Origin: Macrostomum lignano
Taxonomy: Eukaryota
Direction of reading: 5' to 3'
DNA length: 64,000 nucleotides
NCBI GenBank assembly: GCA_002269645.1
Contig: NIVC01000212.1
Span: 1 to 64,000 of the forward strand
A program made the position numbers and the translations under genes. Below the pieces are notes generated by a model. It was not told where the DNA came from. It was given only the letters and a program-made list of their open reading frames with translations, and searched no databases. Of the stretch, positions 12,925 through 26,322 are shown one piece after another (the first letter of the stretch is position 1; each line of letters starts with the position of its first letter).

Positions 12925-15692
12925 TCAATGACATTGGTAGCAATTGGGTTATTCCACAAGAGGGTCCTATCATTTTTTTAAACTTTAACTTTTGAACCAT
13001 AATAGATAGAACAAAGCTGCAAAAAGCAATATGTGTCAAACTTCTAGTTCTAAATTTTTACATAGCTGCTTTTGAATTCTATAACAACTGAACATATAGT
13101 AGAACATAAACTATGAAATGGTTGTTTGGTAATAATAAAACCAAACATTTAGGCATTAATTTAATGCCTAAGCAGTAAGGTACTATTTCTAATTAAACTA
13201 GGCCTACTCAATTCCAGTCTTAATAGAGCCTTGTAATAGATCAAAATTGCATAAGAAATAGGGTACACTATATTTAAGGGAGAAATTTAGGTATAAGACC
13301 AATATGGCTACAACATATCAACTCTTTTTCTACCATTAATTAGCAACTAAGTAGCTATTGTTATATTAATTATTATATAACATATTTTATCTATCATATA
13401 AGTACTAATAAATAATAAATCTAACTAATAGATTCAAAACTAATTACCCATAATACAAAAACTTTAATCTTTTTAGTGTTTGTACCAATTTATTCTCAGT
13501 CATTATATTTATCAAATCTATCACTATTAGTTTATCAAGATTCAAGAAACTATTTTGGTCATAGCTTTTGCTAGTGGTCATAGCTAATGCTATGCAAAGA
13601 ATAGGATAAATATTAAATATGCAACAAGGTTTTTTACTAGGTGACTTGCTTAATTTGATGCATAAATATCTATAGGTCAGGCTACAATAAAAGCTTAAGC
13701 CAAAGGGAATGATTATAATATAATATAGTTCTATTATAGCATCTATCTCCTTAAGACTTAAAGATCTACATTTATTACAAACTACTATCAATAGAAAATA
13801 AGTGAAATATATAAACCTAGGCTTATCATTATCAATTTAAACATTTAGAGCTATGGCCATCTTGGTATATGGCCATTTTAGTTATATGCCAAAATTTAAT
13901 GCCTAATAAGGAATGCTCAAAAGAGCCTAAGAGGCAAGGAATTATTATTGGATAGGACATCTAATTAAAAGAATTGGCAACAGTACCCATAGTTAGAGAT
14001 AGCCTTTTTCATGGAAAATTCCAGTGCAAAAAGACATTAAATATGTATTATGTTGACAAATTCTTCTATGCTAATGCAAAAATTGGCAGGGTGGCAAATC
14101 TGGCATAGTATAAACAGAAAAGGCACAATTTGGCATAGGACAAAAACTTTTAGCTAGACAATATTTTTGCAAACAAAAATTAGCCACTTTTTTGTTCACT
14201 AGTGTATTGATAGCTTTTTTCAATTAAAATATTTTAACAGTATATTTCTATGAAACACATTCAAATAAAAGTTTTACCAATATTTTTTCAAATAGAAAAT
14301 ATAGATTTTTTTGTGTTTTTGGGCTTTTTTACTAAAAAAAAGTTCTAGCATATAATGCAAGCAAACTTATTTAATAAGAATAGTTCTAATGCATTGTATG
14401 GCTTAATCAAACTTTTTGATAGGATTTTTTCTAGTGCAGCAGGCATACTATGATCTTGACTATGGGACAGTATGCCTAAGAGGCAAGAGGTGGGTCTAAA
14501 GAGATAGGCCAAAGCAAGATGCCTAATTGACAAAATGTCAAGGTAAGTAGCATGCCTATACTTAATACTCAGTATGGTTGGAAAGTAGGGCAATATACCT
14601 ATATAGGACTATATACCCTAGGAAAAAGGGGGGAGCAAGGCAATATCCCTAGAGAAAGAGAGATAGCAATATACCCCTATTGAACAGAACATTACTTGGA
14701 GAAGAAAGGCAGAACACCTTCAACTAACAAATAATAAATCAGTTTCTATTTTTAAACCAAAATACTAAGCTCTCCAATAAAGGCAATGTTCAAAGGCAAG
14801 AGTGGAACAAGGTAGAGCAAGCAGGAAATTTGCTATATTTTTTTGTTTGTATTTATACTAGAAAAAATGGTGGTTTAGTTAAAACAAATTAGTATTAAAG
14901 TATGTTTGATATTGTAATAAAAGCATAAATACCAAGTTAGTTTATTAAAATGGGAATAAAAAAATGATTTATATATGAATTTTACAATTATCAAAACTAT
15001 TCATAATTTATTCCATTTTATTTTTGTGCAAAAAAGGAATATCCTTATTACTACAAAGTATTTTACTTAAAATTTTAATTGAAAAACTAGTTCTATCTCT
15101 TTACCTATTTTTAAGTACTAAAGCTTATAAGATTATTTAAGCTCTAGTCCTCTATCTCTTGATTTACTAGATTGGATTTAGATTGGAATTTTTAGTATAT
15201 AGATTTGATTGTTCTCCTGGCTTTATCAAATGATATAATTTATCTCAACTCTAACATTAGCATTTTTATAAGCATTGTTTATCAACTACTATCTCTTATT
15301 TATAAGTTTTGAATACTTTTTTATTGATTAAACATTATGTGATTTCCTAGCCTTATAGGGTCCATCTATTTATTGTAACCTCCCTTGTCCATTAGTGCAC
15401 ACTAAGTAGATTTGATCCAACCTTCTTGCATGCAACATGCAAGACAAAAAATTCTTGCATACAGAGTCTATACTCAAGACTATGTCTGTATAGGCTTACA
15501 CATTATAAAGTTGGGATAATGAAAGCTAAAGTTAAGATCAGACCTGTAATGTTTTCACTTTTAATGCAAAAGATAATCAGGAACTTAAGCAACAAAGATA
15601 TTCTATACTAGGCCTAGGCCATATATATTGTATAGTTGGGGTAATATAGGCTGAAGATAAATATAATCCATTTTTTTAAATAGACCATCTAA

Positions 15693-15978
15693 CATACATG
15701 CGCAATCCCCCTGATTTACACTGGCCATGCGACTTACTTTTTGACCAAAAATGCGACTTGTGAAAATGTGACCTGTGAAAAAACCCTAAAGCTAAATTAA
15801 CGCAGTTTTGGGTAAACGGCAGGAGTAACTATGACTGTCTTATCAGGCCTAAATGCCTCAACATCTAATTAGTACTACATCCGTATTCTTTGGGGTGTCA
15901 TTTTTGCGACTTACCTCTGGTCCACCACAATTTACGGTGGCCAGATCAGACAGGTCGGCCAGCAGTTGCGCATGTATG
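15693..15978. mobile_element. MITE, long type
   Basis: Same TIR and body as 8117-8414; TSD CCATCTAA. Confidence 0.92.
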
Positions 15979-18309
15979 CCATCTAATCTGCCTTTTCCCT
16001 TTAATACACCACCTGATCCAAGCCATGTTTTTTGTATGAAAAATAAATTTTATAAGTGATAGATTAGCCTAAACTAATTGCTATAATTATTTCTGTTACT
16101 ATATTAATAAGGCCTAAAATGGCTAAAGATAAAGATCTAGTAATTTTTGTTATAGCAGAAACTCTATTATTGATAAAAATGATCTAATAAGTCTATTTGT
16201 CTTTTTTTCATATCATGCAATTTTTACAATTGCCATGACTTAGATGATATAAGTCCTAGCAAAGCTAAGCATAGAAGTAGCTACTAACTACAAAAATTAG
16301 CAAATATCCCCAAATTAGTGGCAGTATAGTATATTGGTATATCATGTCTAAAATATGTGTGCATCTTAATCAATTTTTATATTTTTTTTAAATAATTAGG
16401 CTTAGCTAATAAGTCACTTATATGTTTCTGAGTTTAAAGGTATTGTATTATTTTAGTATTGTATTATTTTTACCAGTATTGTAATAGGGTCTTTTTATAT
16501 GTTCTTCTAAGCTACCTATATGGCATTTAGTATTAAATTTCCTTCTGTGTCTAAATAATTATTAAAATGTAAGTAGGCCTAGTTTTGCCTTTTTAATTTT
16601 TGTTAAACTTTTTCAACTTTAAATTTGACAATAATGACTTAAAATTTGGTAGCCATATATAAAATCTTGCATATGCTAAAAGCAAGCATTGTGGGCTTTT
16701 GAGAAAAGGCAAGGGAATAATTAGGGACTATTATATCAGTTTAAGCTCATAAAGTAAAGTCCCAAATTATCCCTTGCTTGTTCTCCCTATTCCAAGTCCA
16801 ATTTTTGTTGCTTTTTTGCCAAACCTAGTTTCCTGGTGTCACTGTGAGAGGAGTGATGTATAACTTGTATACATAGGTTCCTGGGACTTCCACTTTATGA
16901 GCTTAAATTGGCAGACTCTTTGAGTCAATATATGCAAGATTCAATTTTGAAAACTAACTTTGGTATATGCCAATTTCAATGGTAAATTCTATAATCAATT
17001 CAAACAAACTGCACTTTGTATATTGCACTCACTTTCCCATTTGCTATATGCTAATGTTTTTTTTTGCTTACCACCATAAAACCTCATTGTGAGCCAAGTG
17101 TGGTAAATGGTCTTGTGTATGCCAGAGTTTTCTAGTTCTAGGTACTACTAATTAAAAAGTCAGCTCCTTACTTGCCAGTTAATCAGCTTGCGTGTCCATT
17201 AGAGTCAGTAAGCCACATCCGTCAGGACGGCTACTGCATGTCTATCAGTCTGCATACAATAGATGATAATGTCTTGGTGCATAGGCCTTTGACAGTGTGT
17301 CTTGCTGCAGTGCTTGTGCAACTGGGGCCGCTGAAGATTTGCCTTGAAGCTGTGCATAGGCTGGCTGCAGACCTTCGGTGTCCTGACGGTGGAGCCATAC
17401 AAGCAGAAGCCGACAAAAAGGCAATGATAGTTCAAGGCGCTGATAGTTTAAGGTGCTTCTGTATAGTGATCGTGATTGTGATCTCTTGCTACTACCAGAT
17501 GAAGCACCTTCGCTGAGCACCTTTGGTCGCATTTAACAGTGTAGAGAGGCCTCATTCTCGTCTTCTGGTGGCTTTCGTCTCGTCTCTGGCTGGGGTTGAC
17601 TAAAACAGCGCAAAACAAGGGTTTGAAAAATTCTAGTTGCGAAATCAGCTTCCAATGCTTAAGATTTACTTACAGTTTTTCAGAGAGGCCTGCAATAATT
17701 AATCAGACTATTGTGCAAGGGGTCTGGCACTCTCTTAATCTTCTAATCGCTTTTTGTCTCTCTCTGACCGTTGTTTTTTAAGACTAAAAAAATTTTAAGT
17801 CATTACATTTGCATGAAATAATTAAGTGGCGTGGTAATACCTCTAAGGCGGCCGGCCAACCTTTGAAGTTTGAACATTGTCCTAATTCAGTCGAGCAAGC
17901 CAGACAGTCGCTAGACTAGCTATGCTAACTGACTCCCTGTACAACAAGGCCAAAGGAAGGGGTTGATAGTCAAGTTGATCACTCGCAGCTGAAGTGAAAG
18001 ATCTATGCTGTCGAGTTGAGAAATCGAGATAGCAGTAGAGAGAAGTCCAGGTTAACTTGACTAAGAAATTGATAAGAGCAGGGAGAGCCAAGCACTGGGC
18101 AGATCAATCTAGGGGTCGGTGTTGAGTAAACCGCTTCTGTGCCTTCTGATTGACCATTGCATTCTTCTTGCCTTGCGAACATTATCTCTGTTATATAGGT
18201 ATATAGACTAGACTCCGAGACCAATTTGAGCTCCGTCTGTCTTTCAGGTTTAAATCTCTCTAAAATCTCGACCAGCACCGATTTAAAAAAGTCAGAAAAT
18301 TAAACAAGA

Positions 18310-21300
18310 ATGAGCATATTATTTGCTGTTGTACGCGCGGTTACCTACGTGTACGACTTTGTCACCTGGCCTCTGTATTATTTTTTGTACGCGCCAGATG
18401 AAGTTGCTAAAAATAGTAGGAAAGTTCGAGCTAAACGGCTTAGTAACGATCCGGAGTCGCCTTGGCGCTGCGTCGAATCCATGGACAAGCTGGTTGAGAA
18501 GCCTACTTTAGCTGTTGACAGCATGGCTGATATGCTGCGCATTGCTGTCGCTAAATACCCGAGCAAACGGTGCTTGGGCACACGCGAGCTGTTGTCGGAG
18601 GAAGACGAGGTTCGTTAGCGATGGAGTTTTATTTGCTTATTTGCTTAAGTCAGATTATAGATTGGGGTCAGCACCGACTGCGGTTGGGTGTCAGCAACTA
18701 CTGGGGTTGGGTGTCAGCACAGACTGCGGTTGGGTGTCAGCACAGACTGCGGTTGGGTGTCAGCACAGACTGCGGTTGGGTGTCAGCACAGACTGCGGTT
18801 GGGTGTCAGCACAGACTGCGGTTGGGTGTCAGCACAGACTGCGGTTGGGTGTCAGCACAGACTGCGGTTGGGTGTCAGCACAGACTGCGGTTGGGTGTCA
18901 GCACAGACTGCGGTTGGGTGTCAGCACAGACTGCGGTTGGGTGTCAGCACAGACTACGGTTGGGTGTCAGCACAGACTGCGGTTGGGTGTCAGCACAGAC
19001 TGCGGTTGGGTGTCAGCACAGACTGCGGTTGGGTGTCAGCACAAACTGCGGTTGGGTGTCAGCAACTACTGGGGTTGGGTGTCAACAAACTACTGGGGTT
19101 GGGTGTCAGCACAAACTGGGGTTGGGTGTCAGCACAAACTGGGGTTGGGTGTCAGCACAAACTGGGGTTGGGTGTCAGCACAAACTGGGGTTGGTGTCAG
19201 CACAAACTGGGGTTGGTGTCAGCACAAACTGGGGTTGGGTGTCAGCACAAACTGGGGTTGGGTGTCAGCACAAACTGGGGTTGGGTGTCAGCACAAACTG
19301 GGGTTGGGTGTCAGCACAAACTGGGGTTGGGTGTCAGCACAAACTGGGGTTGGGTGTCAGCACAAACTGGGGTTGGGTGTCAGCACAAACTGGGGTTGGG
19401 TGTCAGCACAAACTGGGGTTGGGTGTCAGCACAAACTGGGGTTGGGTGTCAGCACAAACTGGGGTTGGGTGCCAGCACAAACTGGGGTTGGGTGTCAGCA
19501 ACTACTGGGGTTGGTGTCAGCACAGACGGGTTGGGTGTCTTATAAAGTCGCAGTTATCTTATCAATTGTAGCGCCAGCCCAATGGCCGCGTATTCAAAAA
19601 GCTCTGCTTCGGCGATTATCACTGGGAGACTTACGAGGAGGTCAACATCCGGGTTGACAATTTCGGCCGAGGCTTGGCCAACCTCGGCATGAAGCCGACT
19701 AAGAGGATTCTCGTATTCGCCGAGACCCGAGCCGAATGGCAAATCTGCGTTAACGCCGCTTTCCGATTTAATCACCCCGTGGTGACGCTATATTCCACTT
19801 TGGGCGACGACGCCATTGTCTATGGGATTAACCAGGCCGAGGTGGACATTGTCATCACGTCGGACAGTTTGGTCTCCAAGTTTAAAAATTTGTTGCCGAA
19901 AATTTCCCAGGTTGGAGTTTGTAACCTTGAGAATATTTTGATAGTGTCTAGTCTGTCTCAGCTTCAGTCTCACCTGTCTTATCTACTGTCTCACCTGTCT
20001 TATCTACTGTGTCACCTGTCTTATCTACTGTCTCACCTGTCTTATCTACTGTCTCACCTGTCTTATCTACTGTGTCACCTGTCTTATCTACTGTCTCACC
20101 TGTCTTATCTACTGTGTCACCTGTCTTATCTACTGTCTCACCTGTCTTATCTACTGTCTCACCTGTCTTATCTACTGTGTCACCTGTCTTATCTACTGTG
20201 TCACCTGTCTTATCTACTGTCTCACCTGCCTTATCTACTGTCTCACCTGTCTTATCTACTGTATCACCTGTCTTATCTACTGTCTCACCTGTCTTATCTA
20301 CTGTCTCACCTGTCTTATCTACTGTCTCACCTGTCTTATCTACTGTGTCACCTGTCTTATCTACTGTCTCACCTGTCTTATCTACTGTCTCACCTGTCTT
20401 AACTTACTGTCTCACTTGTCTTATCTACTGTCTCACCTGTCTTATCTACTGTCTCACCTGTCTTATCTACTGTCTCACCTGTATTATCTACTGTGTCACC
20501 TGTCTTATCTACTGTCTCACCTGTCTTATCTACTGTCTCACCTGTCTTAACTTACTGTCTCACTTGTCTTATCTACTGTCAGACAGTAGATACATGCGCA
20601 ACCTTTGGAATCACCCGTCCGTTTCTATTGGCAACACACACATGTCAGTCGCTATTGGCTGAGAGCAGTCACGTGACTACTATTCTGTCCAATAGCGACA
20701 CAAATGTGTGTGTTGCCAATAGAAACGGCCGAGTGAATCCCAAGGTTGCACCCAAGCATGTACTGTCTCACCTGTCTTATCTATTGCCTCACCTGTCCTA
20801 GCTACCATATCACCTGTCCTAGCTACCATATCACCTGTCCTAGCTACCATCTCACCTGTCCTAGCTACCATATCACCTGTCCTAGCTACCATATCACCTG
20901 TCCTAGCTGCCATCTCACCTGTCCTAGCTACCATCTCACCTGTCCTAGCTACCATCTCACCTGTTCTAGCTACCATCTCACCTGTCCTAGCCACCATCTC
21001 ACCTGTATTATCTACTGTTTCACCTGTCCTAGCCACTGTCACTAATCCGCCCCGTAGGTGAAGCACATAATCTACATGGACAACGGCGTATTCGGCGGCT
21101 CCAAAGATCCCAAACTGCAGCTGGGCGAAATCAATGGAGTCCAATTCCATGCCATGACCAGCGTTGAACGGCTCGGCAAGCAGCAGGCGGCCGCCAAGTC
21201 CACCCAGTCGGCCGCATCGTCGCCGAAGAGCGGCGATCTAGCCGTGATTATGTACACTAGTGGCAGCACTGGCCTACCCAAAGGCGTCATGATCACCCAT

Positions 21301-24300
21301 GGCAACCTGATGGCAACGATTGCTAGCGCAGTAGATCGTATACCTCAGTTTGGTCGCCGACCGGACGACACTTATATTGGCTACCTGCCGCTGGCTCACG
21401 TGCTCGAATTAGTTGCCGAACTGGCTTGTCTAACAGGCGGCGTGCCTATTGGCTATAGCAGTCCACTAACGCTTAGCGACGTGTCAAACAAAATCAAGAA
21501 AGGCACCAAAGGCGATATTAGCGTGTTGAAGCCTACGCTTATGGCCGCCGTGCCAGCTATTATGGACCGGATCTCTAAGAATGTCTGGGAGAAGGTTAAC
21601 GACGGCGGCGCCGTGTCTAAGGCGCTGTTCAATTGGGCCTACGATTATAAAAAGGATCGAATGCTGCGCGGTATGCCTTCGCCTCTGCTGGACAAGATTA
21701 TATTTAATAAGGTTGGTTGGCCTTTACCTACGAGTAATTGTTCTTGATTGCATGTGCTTAGGTTGCATAGATTTATGGTGTGCTGGTTGATAAATTTAAT
21801 TAGATGGTTGGCTGTGGATGAGGCTTAATTAGTGGGGTGGTGGGTGAGGCCAATTAGTGGGGTGGTGGGTGAGGCCAATTAGTGGGGTGGTGGGTGAGGC
21901 CAATTAGTTGGGTGGTGGGTGAGGCCAATTAGTGGGGTGGTGGGTGAGGCCAATTAGTGGGGTGGTGGGTGAGGCCAATTAGTGGGGTGGTGGGTGATAA
22001 ACTCAATGAGTCGTGGCTGCAGCCAATCAGAATGTAACGCAATTCTCAAATCCATCAAACGTCACCTCATTCGGCCCCAATTTCCCGATAAAAAATCGCA
22101 GGTAAAATACCTACTAGGCGGCCGTGTACGCGTTATGCTCAGCGGCGGCGCCCCGCTGTCAACTGAGACGCAACGATTTATGAACGTCTGCTTCGGCATC
22201 CCAATAGTGCAAGGCTACGGCCTGACTGAGACCACCGGAGCTGGCACAGTGCAGACTGTTGACGATATCAGCACTGGCCGGGCTGGGCCGCCTCTGGCTT
22301 GCTGTCAGATCCGCCTGCGCGACTGGGCAGAAGGCGGCTACAGCAGCCGGGACCAGCCGTGCCCACGCGGCGAAGTACTAATTGGTGGCAATAACGTGAC
22401 GCTTGGCTATTTTAAAATGCCGGACAAAACTAAAGAAGACTTCTTTGTCGATTCCGATGGAATTCGCTGGTTTTGCACGGGCGACATCGGACTGTTCAAT
22501 GTTAACGGCACTTTGGAGATTGTCGATAGGAAGAAGGATCTAGTTAAACTGCAGGGTGGCGAGTATATTTCGCTTGGCAAAGTTGAGACTGCTCTGGGCG
22601 TCTCAGCCTTTGTTGAACAACTGTGCGTCTATGGCGATAGTTTCAAGGATCACACGGTGGCTATTGTTGTGCCGAAGAAGACTCAGGTTGGTTGCTGTTG
22701 GGTTGTCTGTTTGCTTTGCAGATTTATAGGATTGTGTCAGGTAGATTTGTAGATTTGCGTCAGGTAGATTTGTAGAATTGTGTCAGGTAGATTTGTAGAA
22801 AGAATTTTGTCAGGTAGATTTGTAGACTTGTGTCAGGTAGATTAGTAGATTTGTGTCAGGTAGATTTGTAGTTTTGTATCAGGTAGATTTGTAGAATTGT
22901 GTCAGGTAGATTTGTAGATTTGCGTCAGGTAGATTTGTAGATTTGTGTCAGGTAGATTTGTAGACTTGTGTCAGGTAGATTTGTAGATTTGTGTCAGGTA
23001 GATTTGTAGACTTGTGTCAGGTAGATTTGTAGACTTGTGTCAGGTAGATTTGTAGATTTGTGTCAGGTAGATTTGTAGATTTGCGTCAGGTAGATTTGTA
23101 GATTTGTGTCAGGTAGATTTGTAGATTTGTGTCAGGTAGATTTGTACATTTGCGTCAGGTAGATTTGTAGAATTTTGTCAGGTGATTTGTAGATTTGTGC
23201 CAGGTAGATTTGTAGATTTGTGTCAGGTAGATTTGTAGACTTGTGTCAGGTAGATTTGTAGATTTGTGTCAGGTAGATTTGTAGACTTGTGTCAGGTAGA
23301 TTTGTAGATTTGTGTCAGGTAGATTTGTAGACTTGTGTCAGGTAGATTTGTAGATTTGCGTCAGGTAGATTTGTAGATTTGCGTCAGGTAGATTTGTAGA
23401 TTTGCGTCAGGTGATTTGTAGATTTGTGTCAGGTAGATTTGTAGATTTGCGTCAGGTAGATTTGTAGATTTGCGTCAGGTGATTTGTAGATTTGTGTCAG
23501 GTAGATTTGTAGATTTGTGTCAGGTAGATTTGTAGATTTGCGTCAGGTAGATTTGTAGATTTGTGTCAGGTAGATTTGTACATTTGCGTCAGGTAGATTT
23601 GTAGAATTTTGTCAGGTGATTTGTAGATTTGTGCCAGGTAGATTTGTAGATTTGTGTCAGGTAGATTTGTAGATTTGTGTCAGGTAGATTTGTATATTTG
23701 TGTCAGGTAAATAAAAAAATTGGGTCACTTAGATTTTTTAAATAAGGTCTGACTTTTTAAAAGTTGCGTTAGGTAGGTTCTTAGATTTTTCAAATTTTAG
23801 AATTGTGTCAGGTAGATTTGCAGAATTGTGTCAGATTTGCAGAATTGTGTCAGATTTGCAGAATTGTGTAAGATTTGCAGAATTGTGTCAGATTTGCCTA
23901 ATTTTGTCAGATTTGCAGAATTGTGTCAGATTTGCAGAATTGTGTAAGATTTGCTAAATTGTGTCAGATTTGCAGAATTGTGTCAGATTTGCAGAATTGT
24001 GTCAGATTTGCAGAATTGTGTCAGATTTGCAGAATTGTGTCAGATTTGCTAAATTGTGTCAGATTTGCAGAATTGTGTCAGATTTGCAGAATTGTGTCAG
24101 ATTTGCAGAATTGTGTCAGATTTGCAGAATTGTGTCAGATTTGCAGAATTGTGTCAGATTTGCAGAATCGTGTCAGATTCGCAGAATTGTGTCAGGTAGA
24201 TTTGAAGAACTAAATGAATTATCCAATTTCAATTCTTCAGGTAATGCAGCTAGCCGAGAAGCTGGGCATCTCTGGCGACACCGACGCCACAGGTGACAGC

Positions 24301-24531
24301 TACGAGTCGCTATTAAAGAACAAAGCGATTAAAGATGCCGTATTGAAAGATCTGCAGTCGAAAGCGGCTGGCAAAGTGGAACGATTTGAACTGCCTACCC
24401 GGGTGTACCTGACCTCAGAGCAGTGGACGCCGGAGTCTGGCCTCGTCACCGACGCTCTCAAACTCAAGCGCCGCCAGCTGCAGGATCATTTCCAGTCTGA
24501 AATTGACCGGATGTACTCTGGCTCTGTTTAG
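18310..24531 (+). CDS. ACSL3/ACSL4: Long-chain-fatty-acid--CoA ligase, ACSL3/ACSL4 type, 5 exons, 722 aa
   Basis: Exons 18310-18609, 19572-19910, 21058-21711, 22102-22686, 24241-24531; all GT-AG, phase 0, continuous frame. AMP-binding motif YTSGSTGLPKG, QGYGLTET, TGDIG, DRKKDLVKLQGGEY, WTPESGLVTDALKLKR. Confidence 0.96.
18664..19539. repeat. 23-bp minisatellite, ACSL intron 1 (~38 copies, two variant blocks)
   Basis: GGGTGTCAGCACAGACTGCGGTT, then GGGTGTCAGCACAAACTGGGGTT. Confidence 0.95.
19968..20587. repeat. 21-bp minisatellite, ACSL intron 2
   Basis: Unit TCTCACCTGTCTTATCTACTG. Confidence 0.95.
20589..20760. mobile_element. MITE, short palindromic type, inside the intron-2 array
   Basis: GATACATGCGCAACC...GGTTGCACCCAAGCATG; homologous to 37665-37836 and 46482-46651. 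Confidence 0.88.
20761..21040. repeat. 21-bp variant minisatellite, ACSL intron 2
   Basis: Unit CTCACCTGTCCTAGCTACCAT. Confidence 0.92.
21826..21998. repeat. 25-bp G-rich minisatellite, ACSL intron 3
   Basis: Unit AATTAGTGGGGTGGTGGGTGAGGCC, ~7 copies. Confidence 0.93.
22734..23710. repeat. 23-bp minisatellite, ACSL intron 4
   Basis: Unit TGTGTCAGGTAGATTTGTAGATT, ~40 copies. Confidence 0.95.
23800..24200. repeat. 19-bp minisatellite, ACSL intron 4
   Basis: Unit GAATTGTGTCAGATTTGCA; shares TGTGTCAG with the neighbouring array. Confidence 0.95.
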
Positions 24532-26322
24532 AGCTATAAAATCACCTGCTTGTTGAGAGACTCATCTGTTGCTGATTTCAAAAAGTACAATCGGTTATGC
24601 TTGTCAGGATGTCAGCTGCTATAACTTCTATTTCGTCATCAACTCTACCCGTTGAAAAACGTTACTGGGGAAAAGAATCGCTAAAGAGTCATTGCAAACA
24701 ACTAATTAGTGGATCTGGGACGACCTCTTGTGACTTTTTAAAGACTGTTGAGAAGTGGAAAAGTCGCGGAAAAAATTCGGTTGTGTTGGCGCTCAACTTT
24801 CTACTAACTCAAGTAGACAAGATAGAGTTGTTGACAAAGATTTAGAAGTTAAAATATAGCAATTGTGGGGTGGGGACTTCGCTTTTTGGTTTGTTAGAGG
24901 ATGCTTTTTAGATACTACTAAATTAAGTAGTAGTAGTTTCACTTAAGTAGTAAGTTTTCTTCTTACGTCTTCTTCCGAGGCAAAAATAAGTTTAGCATAA
25001 TCATTTTAATTAATGATTATAAATTAAATTACAAAGCTATTTAACAAATGGACACTCTGTCTTCAATGTAGTACTACTTTAGTGAGTAGTTGGTGTGAAT
25101 TCATAAATCTGTATCTTGACATTTTTTCTTTCTCTGATTGTGTTTTTATTTTATCTTGTCGCGTTATAATACGAGTGGATGATCTTTCTATATTTATTAG
25201 CATAATTTTTAATAATAAGCCTAATCTGCGATTTCTGAGGTATTTTGTAATGCCCTCTGGCCATTGTGTGTTTAGTTAGTTTATTACTATTACCAGTAGT
25301 TATTATTAGTCTATTTGGAAATTCTATTTTTAAAAAAACAGTTGTTTATTTTTGCTTTTTTCTGCTTGATTTTGTTCATTGTGTTCAATGTTGATAAAGT
25401 TGAGTGTTAATCTGATAAATCTAAGCTTCTAACTTGATAAACTGAATAGGATCCAGTTTTGTAAAATTCTAACTTAATTTAGTCAAGCCTTCATTTAATC
25501 GAGGTTAGTATTATTCGTATTATTATTATTATACTATGTTTCATTATTATGTATACTACGTAGTCATTAGCAAAAGTTTACTAATATAATTTTGAAATAT
25601 TTTATTAATTATATTCGTCCTATCCTAATAGCAAGCAAAAACGTAAGCCATAACGCTTTAACAAGATTTTTAGTTCATTGTTTATTAATTTGTGTTGTTC
25701 GCTTGCGCTTGTCTTTTTTTTTTTGTTGTTATTTTGTTATACTACTAATATTCTTGTCTATTTATATTTGCTAAGCCCGACTTACATTTTGTTTTGCTTT
25801 GTTTATTTAGCACAATCACAGATACGGGTGTGCTATTACAATGACACTCTTTTTTCAAATGCATTGGCACCTGCTTTAGTTAGTTATGTATTAGTAGCAC
25901 ACCCATAATATTGTACATCTAACGATCTATTTTGGCCATCTTTTGTTAATTAAGAACATTGTGAGACATGTGGATTGAAAATGAAAATAAACTTCAACTG
26001 ATGTACTTTAATCGACGGTTTAAAGCAGACACACCGAATTTGTGCGTTTAAAGAAATGTCTGGCAGTTAAAAATGCTTGTTTGCTAATTTAACCGGAATT
26101 TGTGTTGATTTTTTAAAACATTCTGCCGTAGCGATTTAATTTCTAACTGATCTATAACCAAAAATGCCACGATTAGTAGGAATACTAAATATTGTAGTAG
26201 GTAGCCTAAATATTGTATTTTAGGGTCTATTTATTTAGAGTCTAGAATTGTCTAGTTGTACGCTACTGCTGATAGTAGAAATACGAACATTTTCTCCTAT
26301 TTTACAATTCATGTCATGAGTC

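Noticed and set aside
18515-20662. Long ORFs of 217-380 aa over the ACSL introns
   Set aside because: Translations of 21-23-bp arrays lying between well-defined GT-AG boundaries.
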